A model generated the notes under the pieces. The model saw only the letters and a program-made list of their open reading frames with translations, did no database searches and was not told where the DNA came from. From Veleropilina oligotropha (taxonomy: Eukaryota), in the NCBI GenBank assembly GCA_048128005.1, contig JBEUKZ010000127.1:186001-250000 (forward strand): 64,000 nt of DNA, in the 5' to 3' direction. Positions 1-12,400 of the stretch are shown here, piece after piece; position 1 is the stretch's first letter, and every line of letters begins with the position of its first letter. A program made the position numbers and the translations under genes.

Positions 1-742
1 TCTCCATAAAACGAATCCGTTTTGCGTTCAACATGTTGAATGCATTGCGTTTAACGCATCCGTCTGACGGTGACGGATGAGTGTTGACGCATATATGTGA
101 ATGGACATGTTTAAACGGATGCGTCTGACGTAGACATTGACGCATCAGTCTAACACATACATGTGTCTTCAGCTTAACTGCTTTGATTCACGGGAATGGG
201 GTCAAGTCCTCGGTTGGGTACTTGATTCAGTTGTTCATATGCTTTCCTTCCATGATGCTGGTGACACGTGATATGACCTGTTCCATGATGCTGGTGACAC
301 GTGATATGACCTGTTATCCTGCCTCCGACAACATTCTAGTCCATTCATTGGTTACATCACGTCACGTGCTGACCATGTAAAATAATCATATCTAGTGCAT
401 CCGTTTCATATCACGTCAACGTAAAATGTCCTTGAGTGGCCTCGTTTTTCCGCCACCCGTACTCGCCCAGTCATTGGACAGATTTTGCAGAGCTCCACCA
501 AGGGTCGCAATGGGTGTTTTGATATGATATTTTTGTATTATGTTGCTATATAATGTAGATCATAATAGATAATTATTACGTTGTTGTATTGTGGCATAAC
601 TTTTATTACGGTATCGTTATGATTAAATTTGTTACTTTATTTCCAATAAATTTTGTTACGTTATTAACAATATATTTACTTATTTCCATTTCTCAAAATA
701 TTACGTAATAATATATTTGCAGGTCGTCGACAGGATAAATAC

Positions 743-886
743 CTTACGCAGTTTGTTAGTGACCGAATACGGATTTTACCGGGGTCAGTGGAAATTTCAT
801 ATTGGGCTCGGCTATCGCCTCGCCCAATATGAAATTTCCACTGACCCCGGTAAAATCCGTATTCGGTCACTAACAAACTATGTAAG
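743..886. repeat. Near-perfect 65-bp-arm hairpin, probably the end of a non-autonomous element inserted into the 33-bp minisatellite
   Basis: 743-807 is the reverse complement of 822-886 (2 mismatches), with a 14-nt loop. Confidence 0.8.
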
Positions 887-891
887 TTATA

Positions 892-1683
892 TTCCATGAT
901 GCTGGGGACACGTGATATGACCTGTTCCATGATGCTGGGGACACGTGATATGACCCGTTCCATGATGCTGGGGACACGTGATATGACCTGTTCCATGATG
1001 CTGGCGACACGTGATATGACCTGTTCCATGATGCTGGGGACACGTGATATGACCTGTTCCATGATGCTGGTGACACGTGATATGACCCGTTCCATGATGC
1101 TGGGGACACGTGATATGACCTGTTCCATGATGCTGGTGACACGTGATATGACCCGTTCCATGATGCTGGGGACACGTGATATGACCTGTTCCATGATGCT
1201 GGGGACACGTGATATGACCCGTTCCATGATGCTGGGGACACGTGATATGACCTGTTCCATGATGCTGGGGACACGTGATATGACCCGTTCCATGATGCTG
1301 GGGACACGTGATATGACCTGTTCCATGATGCTGGCGACACGTGATATGACCTGTTCCATGATGCTGGGGACACGTGATATGACCTGTTCCATGATGCTGG
1401 TGACACGTGATATGACCCGTTCCATGATGCTGGGGACACGTGATATGACCTGTTCCATGATGCTGGTGACACGTGATATGACCCGTTCCATGATGCTGGG
1501 GACACGTGATATGACCTGTTCCATGATGCTGGTGACACGTGATATGACCCGTTCCATGATGCTGGGGACACGTGATATGACCTGTTCCATGATGCTGGTG
1601 ACACATGATATGACCCGTTCCATGATGCTGGGGACACGTGATATGACCCGTTCCATGATGCTGGGGACACGTGATATGACCTG
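892..1683. repeat. 33-bp minisatellite (about 24 units; 2 more units at 248-313) in an MRM3 intron
   Basis: Unit ttccatgatgctggggacacgtgatatgacc(t/c)g; explains the repetitive ORFs at 676-1729. Confidence 0.97.
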
Positions 1684-1838
1684 AAGGCTGTTGAAATGAG
1701 ATGCATCCAAACAAATCAAACCAAATCATAAAACGAAGCAGTAATATCAGATGAAGAGACTGTTCAGATTATATTAATGACAATATACTATTTATATTTT
1801 GTAGGTTCTATCTATTTTAACTAGTTTCTTTGTTTCAG

Positions 1839-2458
1839 GCTGTGTAGATATCTGGGAACCAAAAGTCCTCCGGTCGGGCGCGGGCTGTCACTTTCGTGTG
1901 CCGATAATCAACAATTTGCCGTGGGATATGGTGTCCAATTATCTACCGTCGTCTTCAAGTGTGTATCTCGCTGATAGCAAATGCCACAGCTCAGAACACA
2001 TGACTGGAAATCCAGAATCTCTACCACAGTTGGAGGATGACATTGACACCATCTCTTCACACATTGAAGAGTTCTCAGAGAGTGAAAGTGACGATGAAGA
2101 TAACTCTGATGCTGAGGAAAACCAGCAACAGATAATCAACTCAGCTTCGGACAGGAATCAATTAGAGAAATACGAAATGGCACCACTAATGTGCCTCCCT
2201 TACTACAAACCTGATTATTCGAATCAAGATGTTGTATTGGTAGTCGGAGGTGAAACGGAGGGCTTGAGTCTTCAGGCCAAAAAGTTGGCATTTGATAATT
2301 GTGGTGAAATCATAAGTATTCCAATGGCACCTGGCATTGACAGTTTAAACTCCACAATCGCGGGTAGCATTATTTTGTTTGAAATGAAGAGACAACTGTG
2401 TAATTCGTTAAAAAACTATCACTCGACTGACACTCATCAACTGGATGAGCAGGGATGA
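1839..2458 (+). CDS. MRM3: Last coding exon of mitochondrial rRNA methyltransferase 3 (SpoU/SPOUT family); upstream exons lie outside the window
   Basis: Acceptor ttgtttcag|gc at 1838/1839. Translates (G)CVDIWEPKVLRSGAGCHFRVPIINNLPW...LVVGGETEGLS...IPMAPGIDSLNSTIAGSIILFE, which are SpoU motifs closely resembling vertebrate MRM3/RNMTL1. Stop TGA ends at 2458. Confidence 0.92.
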
Positions 2459-2538
2459 GAACATATGCTAGCCTATTATTACTTAGAAATGGACTTTTTA
2501 GGTCACTGACATTCATACATTGTCAATATTGGCTTCAC

Positions 2539-2559
2539 AATAAATTTACACAAAATAAA
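2539..2559 (+). terminator. Candidate polyadenylation signals of MRM3 (two AATAAA)
   Basis: AATAAA at 2539-2544 and 2554-2559, about 80-100 nt after the stop. Confidence 0.45.
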
Positions 2560-3929
2560 CATCATGACATTTCAAATGACAGAAATTCACCATTTAATCA
2601 ATACCTGAGCTTTCAAGGTTAAATGTACACTCATGAAGTTAATCTTGTGCTGTCGGCTGTTGATTGATTGCATCATTTTTAGCAAACATTAAACTGGTGT
2701 TTTTTTTTTCTTATGATACAGTTTCGTCTATATATTATAATCATTCAATCATTGATTAAACTTAAAAGTTGCCTGACCAGAACCGGTATGTTCGAAGAAA
2801 TGCCAGTTATGAAACATTACAACTGTGAGAGTGTGAATGATCGCTCGTGAATCCTCATTTTCCGAAGAATTAAGAACAGTCATATGGTAGCAGTTGGTTG
2901 ACATGTATCAATCATTGGATGTGCCAAGCATCAGAAAAAACTCCAATACGTAACCAAGTTAAGTATCTATAAAATATTTTATAACGATGACAGAGTCCAG
3001 GAACAACCTTCATGGTTATCATTAGTTGTCAAGGGAGGTATTGAGGACATGTTGTATACAATGCGCCACTATTCAATGAACCTTACGCATAATGTTGTTG
3101 TACAACAAAACTTTGTTGACCATGACGAACGTTCAATCCATACCCAGCTGAATGAAACTGGATACAGGCAAAATATAAAATAAATGTTTGTTCCTGATCA
3201 TGATCGGGATATTTTGATCGAGATGCCTATTCCAATGCAGATATGTACCGGCATATCGGCTACTTTTGTTGCATATCCCCCACCTAATGGAAGAGAGTAC
3301 TAGAGAAATAAATTGCATTTATTGTATATATATATAATAGGTATTGCAAAATATAGCTTGATATGCAATAAATGCTTTAAAGTATGCAATGTTAATTATG
3401 CACTGAAATCTTTTATAACCAATATCAATCACATAAATTTTGAAAAATATTCCCAATATTTACACTGTACTTATGCAAACAACTATTTGAGTCATGTGGC
3501 ATGTATGTAGAGTTTAAGACTTTGATTTTGTTTTACCAATGACATCAGATATTCATATCACAGGATTAACTTAAATGTATTATTAGCCATTAATTTAACA
3601 ATAATATTGCAAGGATGGAACAATTTCACAAGTAAGACAATAGAAATTTGCATTCATTTTGATATTTCAAATCTTACTACATGGTTTGTCCATAATATTT
3701 GGAAACTTCTGTTATACCTAAGTATCTGCACATGAAGATGCAACAGTTAATACAGCAACTGTAAAACACATTGAGCTCCATGAAATTAATGATTCAACAT
3801 GTTTCCACCTCTGTACATTAATGGTTGAGCAATCAAATGTCTATCAAATTGATGGTATTATTTTGAAGAACCAAGTTTAATAGTGTGCTGTTGTTCACAC
3901 AATGCTCCACACTTATAGTGTGGTGTTGT

Positions 3930-4043
3930 TCACACAATGCTCCACACTTCCTCAAATGCTGTACACAGTTTTGCACAAGTTAAAGCTGCAGACAAAGGAT
4001 AGTTGCTGATAGATTGAACTTTCTCCGTATAATCAACTTCCAC
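3930..4043 (-). CDS. EMG1: EMG1 coding exon 6 (last)
   Basis: cag|VEVDYTEKVQSISNYPLSAALTCAKLCTAFEEVWSIV*; the six exons join in frame to 230 aa. Confidence 0.96.
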   Translation of the reverse strand: MEVDYTEKVQSISNYPLSAALTCAKLCTAFEEVWSIV

Positions 4044-4416
4044 CTGCAGAATAGATGAAAAGAGTACTTTAGTTCAAGGATGTCACTGTCAAAATACATA
4101 CATTTATCTTTGAATGATATGAACTATTTTATCAGATGAACTATTTTATCAGATAATCTTTTTATCTCATTACCTTAATTCTAACATGACTGGGTTCAAA
4201 TCCTCGACAAGGCACTCTTTTATCAATTAACGGCCACAGTTGTCCACAACTGGTGACAATATAATAATTATGGACATCATGATTTGAACCTAAAGGTTGT
4301 TAAAACCTGGACATGAGGCATCGATCCAAACCAAATGCTGTCATATAGTGGATTAATCTCTGCAAACACAATTTTGGCACTATTTTGCCGGACTCATCAC
4401 ACAGCCATGTACTTAC

Positions 4417-4566
4417 GCTGCCATGCGCCATACCACCCACTACCAGTACAATTGGCTCGTCTGCAGGGACTAGTTTTCTGGCTTCCATATATTCATCCGC
4501 ATTATATGACATCGTAATCTTTTGGCATCCAACTGGCAGGTGATCAGATACAGGGTTCTTGATAAC
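4417..4566 (-). CDS. EMG1: EMG1 coding exon 5
   Basis: cag|VIKNPVSDHLPVGCQKITMSYNADEYMEARKLVPADEPIVLVVGGMAHGS|gtaag; 150 nt. Confidence 0.95.
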
Positions 4567-4725
4567 CTGAAAAGATAATTAAGTTCACCAATGAATAGAT
4601 ATTGTGTAATTCAGGCTTAAGTAAACATGATGTTACATATTTTACAAATAAACGAATATTAACTTTACAAATACATTTTTCAACTAGATTGACAGTGCCC
4701 TTGATATTTAGCAAAAATGTTATAC

Positions 4726-5192
4726 GTACGTATACAAGGGCCGCCTAGTGGTGTGGTGGACGTACGTATACAAGGGCCGACTAGTGGTGTGGTGGACGTA
4801 CATATACAAGGGCCGCCTAGTGGTGTGGTGGACGTACATGTACAAGGGCCGCCTAGTGGTGCAGTGGACATACGTATACAAGGGCCGCCTAGTGGTGTGG
4901 TGGATGTACGTATACAAGGGCCGCCTAGTGGTGCGGCGGACGTACATATACAAGGGCCGCCTAGTGGTGTGGCGGACGTCCGTATACAAGGGCCGCCTAG
5001 TGGTGTGGTGGACGTACGTATACAAGGGCCGCCTAGTGGTGTGGTGGACGTACGTATACAAGGGCCGCCTAGTGGTGCGGTGGACGTACGTATACAAGGG
5101 CCGCCTAGTGGTGCGGTGGACGTACGTATACAAGGGCCGCCTAGTGGTGTGGTGGACGTACGTATACAAGGGCCGCCTAGTGGTGTAGTGGA
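4726..5192. repeat. 36-bp minisatellite (about 13 units) in EMG1 intron 4
   Basis: Unit gtacgtatacaagggccgcctagtggtgtggtggac. Confidence 0.97.
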
Positions 5193-5331
5193 TAAGAGCA
5201 TGTCTCCCGGGACATTCCTCCCACGATACCATGAACATGTCCTGATATTGCATTAAATGGTGTTAAAATAGAACAAGTTATATTAAGAATCAATACAATT
5301 TAATTATATAACCATACATCTCGACATTTAC

Positions 5332-5390
5332 CTTTAACAGTTTCTGTGGTCCATCTGATGCATGGATGCTAAGCTTGTGCAGTAACTGAA
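5332..5390 (-). CDS. EMG1: EMG1 coding exon 4
   Basis: cag|(V)QLLHKLSIHASDGPQKLLK|gtaaa; 59 nt; phase fits exon 3. Confidence 0.95.
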
Positions 5391-5544
5391 CTGAAATGAA
5401 GGAGGATTATGTTCAGATCATTGCACGGACAAAAATCTTACCGGTACCAATAAAGAAATTGCATTATATTCTCAGATATCACCATATGAATAAGACAGGC
5501 GATTGAACATTATGTATTATGTACATTTTGCATATATATCCTAC

Positions 5545-6499
5545 AATCCATGGCATGCAGACCTGCATTAGTGATGTGAAATTGTGGATGACACGAAACA
5601 AACTTAAACTGAATAATGAAAAAACAGATGCCCTATTATTTAAGACAAAACGATGTCATCTTCCCGATCCATTTCCAACGTCCATTCAAGTTGGCGATTC
5701 TGACATTATTTTTGCGACAACCGTAAGAAATCTTGGCGTCATGTTCTCAGACGATTGCTCCCTAGATAAACATGTATCTAGTATATGTAAGTCGGCTTTC
5801 CTCGAACTTCGTCGCCTGAGTTCTATTCGGCACTTTCTATCAACTGAAGCAACTAAAACATTTGTATGTGCATTTGTTCTCTCTAAACTGGACTATTGCA
5901 ATTCTCTCTTGGCTAATTGTCCAAAGTACATAATTGAAAAACTTCAAAAGATTCAAAACTCTGCCGCTAGACGATAATGTCATGCCCCTGCTCCAGTCTC
6001 TTCACTGGCTTCCAGTTCAGGCAAGAATAGATTATAAATTATCAACTCTGTGCCATGCTTACTTCGATCAATCACTACCTCAATATCTGTCAGATCTACT
6101 CTCGGTGTATTCCCCAGCAAGGTCTCTCCGTTCTTCTTTAGACACTCGTATTCTTTGCATTCCTGGCATGAAAACGAAATCTCTCGGAGAACGTTGTTTT
6201 TCATTTGCTGCTCCAAGCCAATGGAACTCACTTCCTGTTGTTATTCGTTACATCGAAGACAAAGCAACTTTCAAAAGATCTCTCAAAACACACTTATTCC
6301 GGAAACATTTCCCATAAACTGAAAATCTTGCATCTATCAACTTTTTCCTTAATTGTGTTAAATCGGCTATAAAATATGTATGTCTTGTAAATGTATATTG
6401 TTTATCATTGTCTGTTTAAGTGTTCTGATTCAATCATTGTAAAGCGCAAAGTGCTAGAATCCTTTCCTGATCTTGCGCTATATAAATCTCTCATTATTA
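5545..6499 (+). mobile_element. 5'-truncated L2/CR1-group LINE (RT C-terminus, 3'UTR and ATT tail) with an internal deletion or frameshift near 5973
   Basis: WMTRNKLKLNNEKT, RNLGVMF, LDYCNSLL, LHWLPVQARIDYK, FKRSLKTHLF are typical L2-clade ORF2 C-terminal motifs; ends ...ataaatctctcattatta. Confidence 0.9.
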
Positions 6500-9400
6500 G
6501 GGCTCCAACAGCTTCAGCTGGAGCCCTATTGTTTTTGCTATTTTGTTTATTATTATTATTAGGGCTCCAACAGCTTCAGCTGGAGCCCTATTGTTTTTGC
6601 TATTTTGTTTATTATTAGGGCTCCAAGCTTTAGCTCGCTTGGAGCCCTATTGATATTATCCGTTTTGTTATTATTATTATTATTCCGCCGATTTTTGTGG
6701 CAAGGATAACTCAATAACGGCTACAGCTACAGGCTTCATATTTGGTATATAGGTGCATATAGTGGTGATGCTGAAACGTAATTTTTTTTTTGTCGGTGGT
6801 GGCGGTGGTTTTGGCCGCCATTTTGAATATATTAAAACTCTAAAAAAATCTTCTTCTCAAAAACCGCCAATGACAGCGAGGGAAGACTTTCCAGATATGA
6901 TTGGCGTACTAAGGGGAAGTTAAATTGCGAGCGAAAAATCGATCGGTCGTAAAAGGAGGCCGCTGCGTGCGTCTGAAGATCCGGCCATAGTGAAATCAAT
7001 TTAAAATTGCTATATCTTGGAAATGATGCAACGTAGACCCATGGTTACTATGGGGAGCCTATGGGAAGTCATGGGTGGGCTTTCGAAAATGACCTTGACC
7101 TTTGACCTCAGGTGACCTACATTCTGCCGATTTTTGTGGCAAGGATAACTCAATAACGGCTACAGCTACAGGCTTCATATTTGGTATATACGTGCATATA
7201 GTGGTGATGCTGAAACGGGAATTTTTTTTTTTCGGTGGTGGCGGTGGTTTGGCCGCCATCTTGGATTTTGCTCGAAATTTCTTCACTTTTAAAAAATCTT
7301 CTTCTCCGAAACGGCTGAAGCGATCGGTTTGAAATTTGGTGAGGGTCTCTAGTACTAGTATAGCTATTTATATTGCGTGGGATTAGTGCTTCCGGTCACG
7401 TGGTACGGGTGGGTTTGGCGGATATCTTGTTTGACTTAATTTAAATAATGACCAACAAAGTCGGCTGTAACACCCCACTTGTCAGCGACAAAGTTGTAGC
7501 ATAGATCCTTAGACATAACTATTTGCAATTTCCGGTTTCTGGGGTGAGCGGTTCACTTCCGATAGAGCAACCCATTTATGAAATCACATAATTTCTACTT
7601 TCACTTTCTAACTTCTTTAATTTTTAACTATATGAAACGCAAAACAATTTATTGGTTCATATCAAAGTTATCAAATATAATATGAATAATAAACATCACT
7701 AAAATGAGTTTTTTTGAAGTTATTAAGCAATGATCTTTGATATTATAGACCTCAATAACGTCGCTTGTAAACATCATAATGAATTAAAATTTTCTGGGAT
7801 ATTATACTTTATTAAGATCATGATATGTGGAAATTTTGGTATGTATATCATCAATATCTCTGACTTTATCAGACAACTGTTTTATTATCAGTAAGGCTAT
7901 TACAGCCAGCTGTTGCAGAGGTCATAAAATCTGCCCGCTCCCAGACATTTATGGTCTTGTTTCATTAAGAGCCAATTAAGGACAGCCACTGATCACAGAA
8001 GACACAGGCAACAACAGTCATAAAACCCTTATTATTCCGTCTGAGTTTTGTACCAGTGATAACTTCCAAACCGCTTAAAGCAAAAACTCTAAAAATGGTA
8101 AACATGTAGCTATGGTACTGAAGTTGAATCGCACTTAATTTCTGCTATGCGGCGCCACTGGCTTAGCGGCAATTAAGGTTTTTTCTTTAAAAAAGCACCT
8201 TTTTATACCATCTTCTTCGGCCAAACGGCTGAAGTGAGGTACGCGATGTTCCTAAATAATGATCTTCACTATGTGAAGAAAAATGTTTGAAAGCGAAAAT
8301 GTTATCGGAACAAAAGCAAGGCAGTTACGGCCATATGAATCTCTCAATAATTTTGAAAAAAATCACACTTTTTTATTTCAGCGGTCACCATTATCCGATT
8401 TAAGTAAAATTTTCACTGAAACTATACTGTATTAAGATCATTTTAATTGGAAATTTTGGCATGCATATGATCAATATTTTTTATGTTTATAAGACATATT
8501 TTTATTCCTACTACAGTCTTAGGAAGGCGATTACAGCATTTATGATGTTATCATGAATGAAGTTGTGGCATTTTATGATCTGGTCTTGCAGATGTCGTAA
8601 AGGCTGCCTGGTGTAGGCAGTTTATGATGCTGATTTATTGACTCTACACGCATGTACTCGGTCCCAGTGACCAGTTCTATATATTTATAATTATCTGATA
8701 TCATTATTTATTTTCTCTCCTTTTTCCCACCAGCTGACTTGGACACCATTACTGAAAATGTTTAAAGGGGCTATATCTTGTAAACGGTGCATCTTAGACA
8801 TATAGTTACTATGGGGAGCTTATGGGAAGTCATGGGTAAACTTTCGAAAATGACCTTGACCTTTGACCTCCGTGACCTAATTAGCGAAAAATTGCCGAAC
8901 TCGGAAAAACGCAGGGGGTGGAGTGCAATGGGTAGTGGGAACGTATTTGACATCGCATTTCCAAGATGGCGGAAATCGGACGCCATTATGGAAATTGTTT
9001 CAAGGGGCTGTATCTTGTAAACGGTGCATCTTAGACATATAGTTACAATGGGGAGCCTATGGGAAGTCATGGGTAAGCTTTCAAAAATGACCATGACCTT
9101 TGACCTCAGATGACCCTGTTAGCTGTAATTGACCTAATTCCATGATTTTGGGGGTAGAAAGCTGAAATTTGGTTTGCAGGTAGATATGGTGTTTATTAAG
9201 CGCCTGTACACTTTTCAGCTAGGTGGCGCCACTGGTTCGGCAGTAATTGACCTAATTCGAAGATTTTTGTGGTAGGAAGCTGAAATTTGGTTTGCTGGTA
9301 GATATGGTGTTTATTAAGCGCCTGTAATCTTTTCAGCTAAGTGGCGCCACTGGTTCGGCAGTAATTGACCTAATTCGATGACATGGCGGGTAGAAAGCTG

Positions 9401-12400
9401 AAATTTGGTGTGTGGGTAGATGCTGTGTTTGCGAGTGCCTGTAATTATTATTTATTTTCTCTCCTTTTTCCCACCAGCTGACTTGGACGCCATTACTGAA
9501 AATGTTTAAAGGGGCTATATCTTGTAAGCGGTGCATCTTAGACATATAGTTACTATGGGGAGCTTATGGGAAGTCATGGGTAAACTTTCGAAAATGACCT
9601 TGACCTTTGACCTCAGTGACCTAATTAGCGAAAAATTGCCGAACTCGGACAAACGCAGGGGATGGAGTGCAATGGGTAGTGGGAACGTATTTGACATCGC
9701 ATTTCCAAGATGGCGGAAATCGGACGCCATTATGGAAATTGTTTCAAGGGGCTGTATCTTGTAAACGGTGCATCTTAGACATATAGTTACAATGGGGAGC
9801 CTATGGGAAGTCATGGGTAAGCTTTCAAAAATGACCATGACCTTTGACCTCAGATGACCCAGTTAGCTGTAATTGACCTAATTCCATGATTTTGGGGGTA
9901 GAAAGCTGAAATTTGGTTTGCAGGTAGATATGGTGTTTATTAAGCGCCTGTACATTTTTCCAGCTAGGTGGCGCCACTGGTTCGGCAGTAATTGACCTAA
10001 TTCCATGATTTTGGGGGTAGGAAGCTGAAATTTGGTTTGCAGGTAGATATGGTGTTTATTAAGCGCCTGTACATTTTTCAGCTAGGTGGCGCCACTGGTT
10101 CGGCAGTAATTGACCTAATTCGAAGATTTTTGGGGTAGAAAGCTGAAATTTGGTTTGCAGGTAGATATGGTGTTTATTAAGCGCCTGTAAACTTTTCAGC
10201 TAAGTGGCGCCACTGGTTCGGCAGTAATTGACCTAATTCGATGATATGGCGGGTAGAAAGCTGAAATTTGGTGTGTGGGTAGATGCTGTGTTTGCGAGTG
10301 CCTGTACACTGGTCCCTGAATTGGAGCCCTAACAGCTGCTTGCAGCTTTAATTATTAATCTTATTATTCCGGCTGAGTTTGTACCAGTGATAACTTCCAA
10401 ACCGCTTAAATCAAAAACTCTAAAATTGGTAAACATGTAGCTATGGTACTGAAGTTGTTTCGCACTTAAGTTCTGCTATGCGGCGCCACTGGCTTAGCGG
10501 CAATTAAGGTTTTTTCTTAAAAAAAGCACCTTTTTATACCATCTTCTTCGGCCAAACGGCTGAAGTGAGGTACGCGATGTTCCTAAATAATGATCTTCAC
10601 TATGTGAAGAAAAAAGTTTGCGATCGAAAATGTTATCGGAACAAAAGCAAGGCAGTTACGGCCATCTGAATCTCTCAATAATTTTGAAAAAATCACACTT
10701 TTTTACATCGGCTATAACTCTTATTCTGCTTTAACTATAGTCTTCAACCTTCGCTGAGTGGTAGACGCTTTCTGTAAGTTAATTTTGCTACAAAGAAGAT
10801 ATTTCTGCGTGATGTGGTTAAGCCGCCATCTTGGATTGTTTGAAAAACTTCAAACGTCATTTTCCCTGCAGTCGTCTGTCCGATCACAATGAAACTTCGT
10901 AGGTGGGAACGTTGTGTTATGTTCTTATAAATGTATAATAAACCAAAAAATAACAGTATGAAAATATTAAGAGCAAAAGTCATTTGAAATTTAAAATTTC
11001 AATTAGTCGTATCTTCCTTAATATTTAATTATTTGAAACGAAATAAAGTTCATTATGAACACATCAAATTTATCTAACGCAATATATAAAAAAGCTATCA
11101 CTTATTTAAGTTAATTTAAAGACATAGACATTTTTTGACATCATTTTGTAACTGCTATAACTTAGGTTGTACGGGGACCATCAAGTGGTAAATTTAACAC
11201 TAGTGCCATCTTAGGGGAAATAATATATATGCATATTTTCGAATAGCTGCGACTGGTAATACTGCAAAAAGACAGTGTATTTTTTATGTAGTGACTATAT
11301 CTGGCTGGCTTAAAGTAATTTATTACCCTGTGTCAACAAAGCCCCATGGTCTTGTATTGACATTATGGCCACCTAATTACTTTGTATCAATAAACTGTGG
11401 CCATGGCACTGCCTGCAGAGATATAAGAAATTAGTATGTCGTAAAAACTAGAGGTTTAGTTCTGCTCTAACTCCTAAATAACTTAGCTGTAACTAGGACT
11501 ATGAACTTGAAATTTAAATACAATACGCATCACATTTCTGTGAATTCGTATGTTCAATTTCATAGCGCTATGACTGGTGGTTCAATATTAAAACAGTTTA
11601 TTTTTTGCGTTCAGTCAGAAGAATTGAACTGCATTAATTGCTTTAATTGCTTGAATGCAAGCAGTCAATAGTAACCGCTTAAATCAAAAACTCTAAAAAT
11701 GGTAAACATGTAGCTATGGTACTGAAGTTGTTTCGCACTTAATTTCTGCTATGCGGCGCCACTGGCTTAGCGGCAATTAAGGTTTTTTCTTTAAAAAAGC
11801 ACCTTTTTATACCATCTTCTTCGGCCAAACGGCTAAAGTGAGCTACGCGATGTTCCTAAATAATGATCTTCACTATGTGAAGAACAATGTTTGAAAGCGA
11901 AAATGTTATCGGAACAAAAGCAAGGCAGTTATGGCCATCTGAATCTCTCAATAATTTTGAAAAAATCACACTTTTTTATTTCAGCGGTCACCATTATCCG
12001 ATTTAAGTTAAATTTTCACTGAAACTATACTGTATTAAGATCATTTTAATTGGAAATTTTGGCATGCATATGATCAATATTTTTTATGTTTATAAGACAT
12101 ATTTTTATTCCTACTACAGTCTTACGAAGGCGATTACAGCATTTATGATGTTATCATGAATGAAGTAGTGGCATTTTATGATCTGGTCTTGCAGATGTCG
12201 TAAAGGCTGCCTGGTGTAGGCAGTTTATGATGCTGATTTATTGACTCTACACGCATGTACCCAGTCCCAGTGACCAGTTCTATATATTTATAATTATTAG
12301 GGCTTCAGGCCTTGAAAAAGGGCTGAAGGCCTCGACATTACTGAAAATGTTTAAAGGGGCTATATCTTGTAAACGGTGCATCTTAGTCATATAGTTACTA

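Noticed and set aside
676..1729. Long repetitive ORFs on both strands (up to 347 aa)
   Set aside because: They are translations of the stop-free 33-bp intronic minisatellite
4680..5256. 36-bp repeats of CRISPR-like length, with ORFs in four frames
   Set aside because: Head-to-tail units with no unique spacers, no cas genes, and inside a eukaryotic intron
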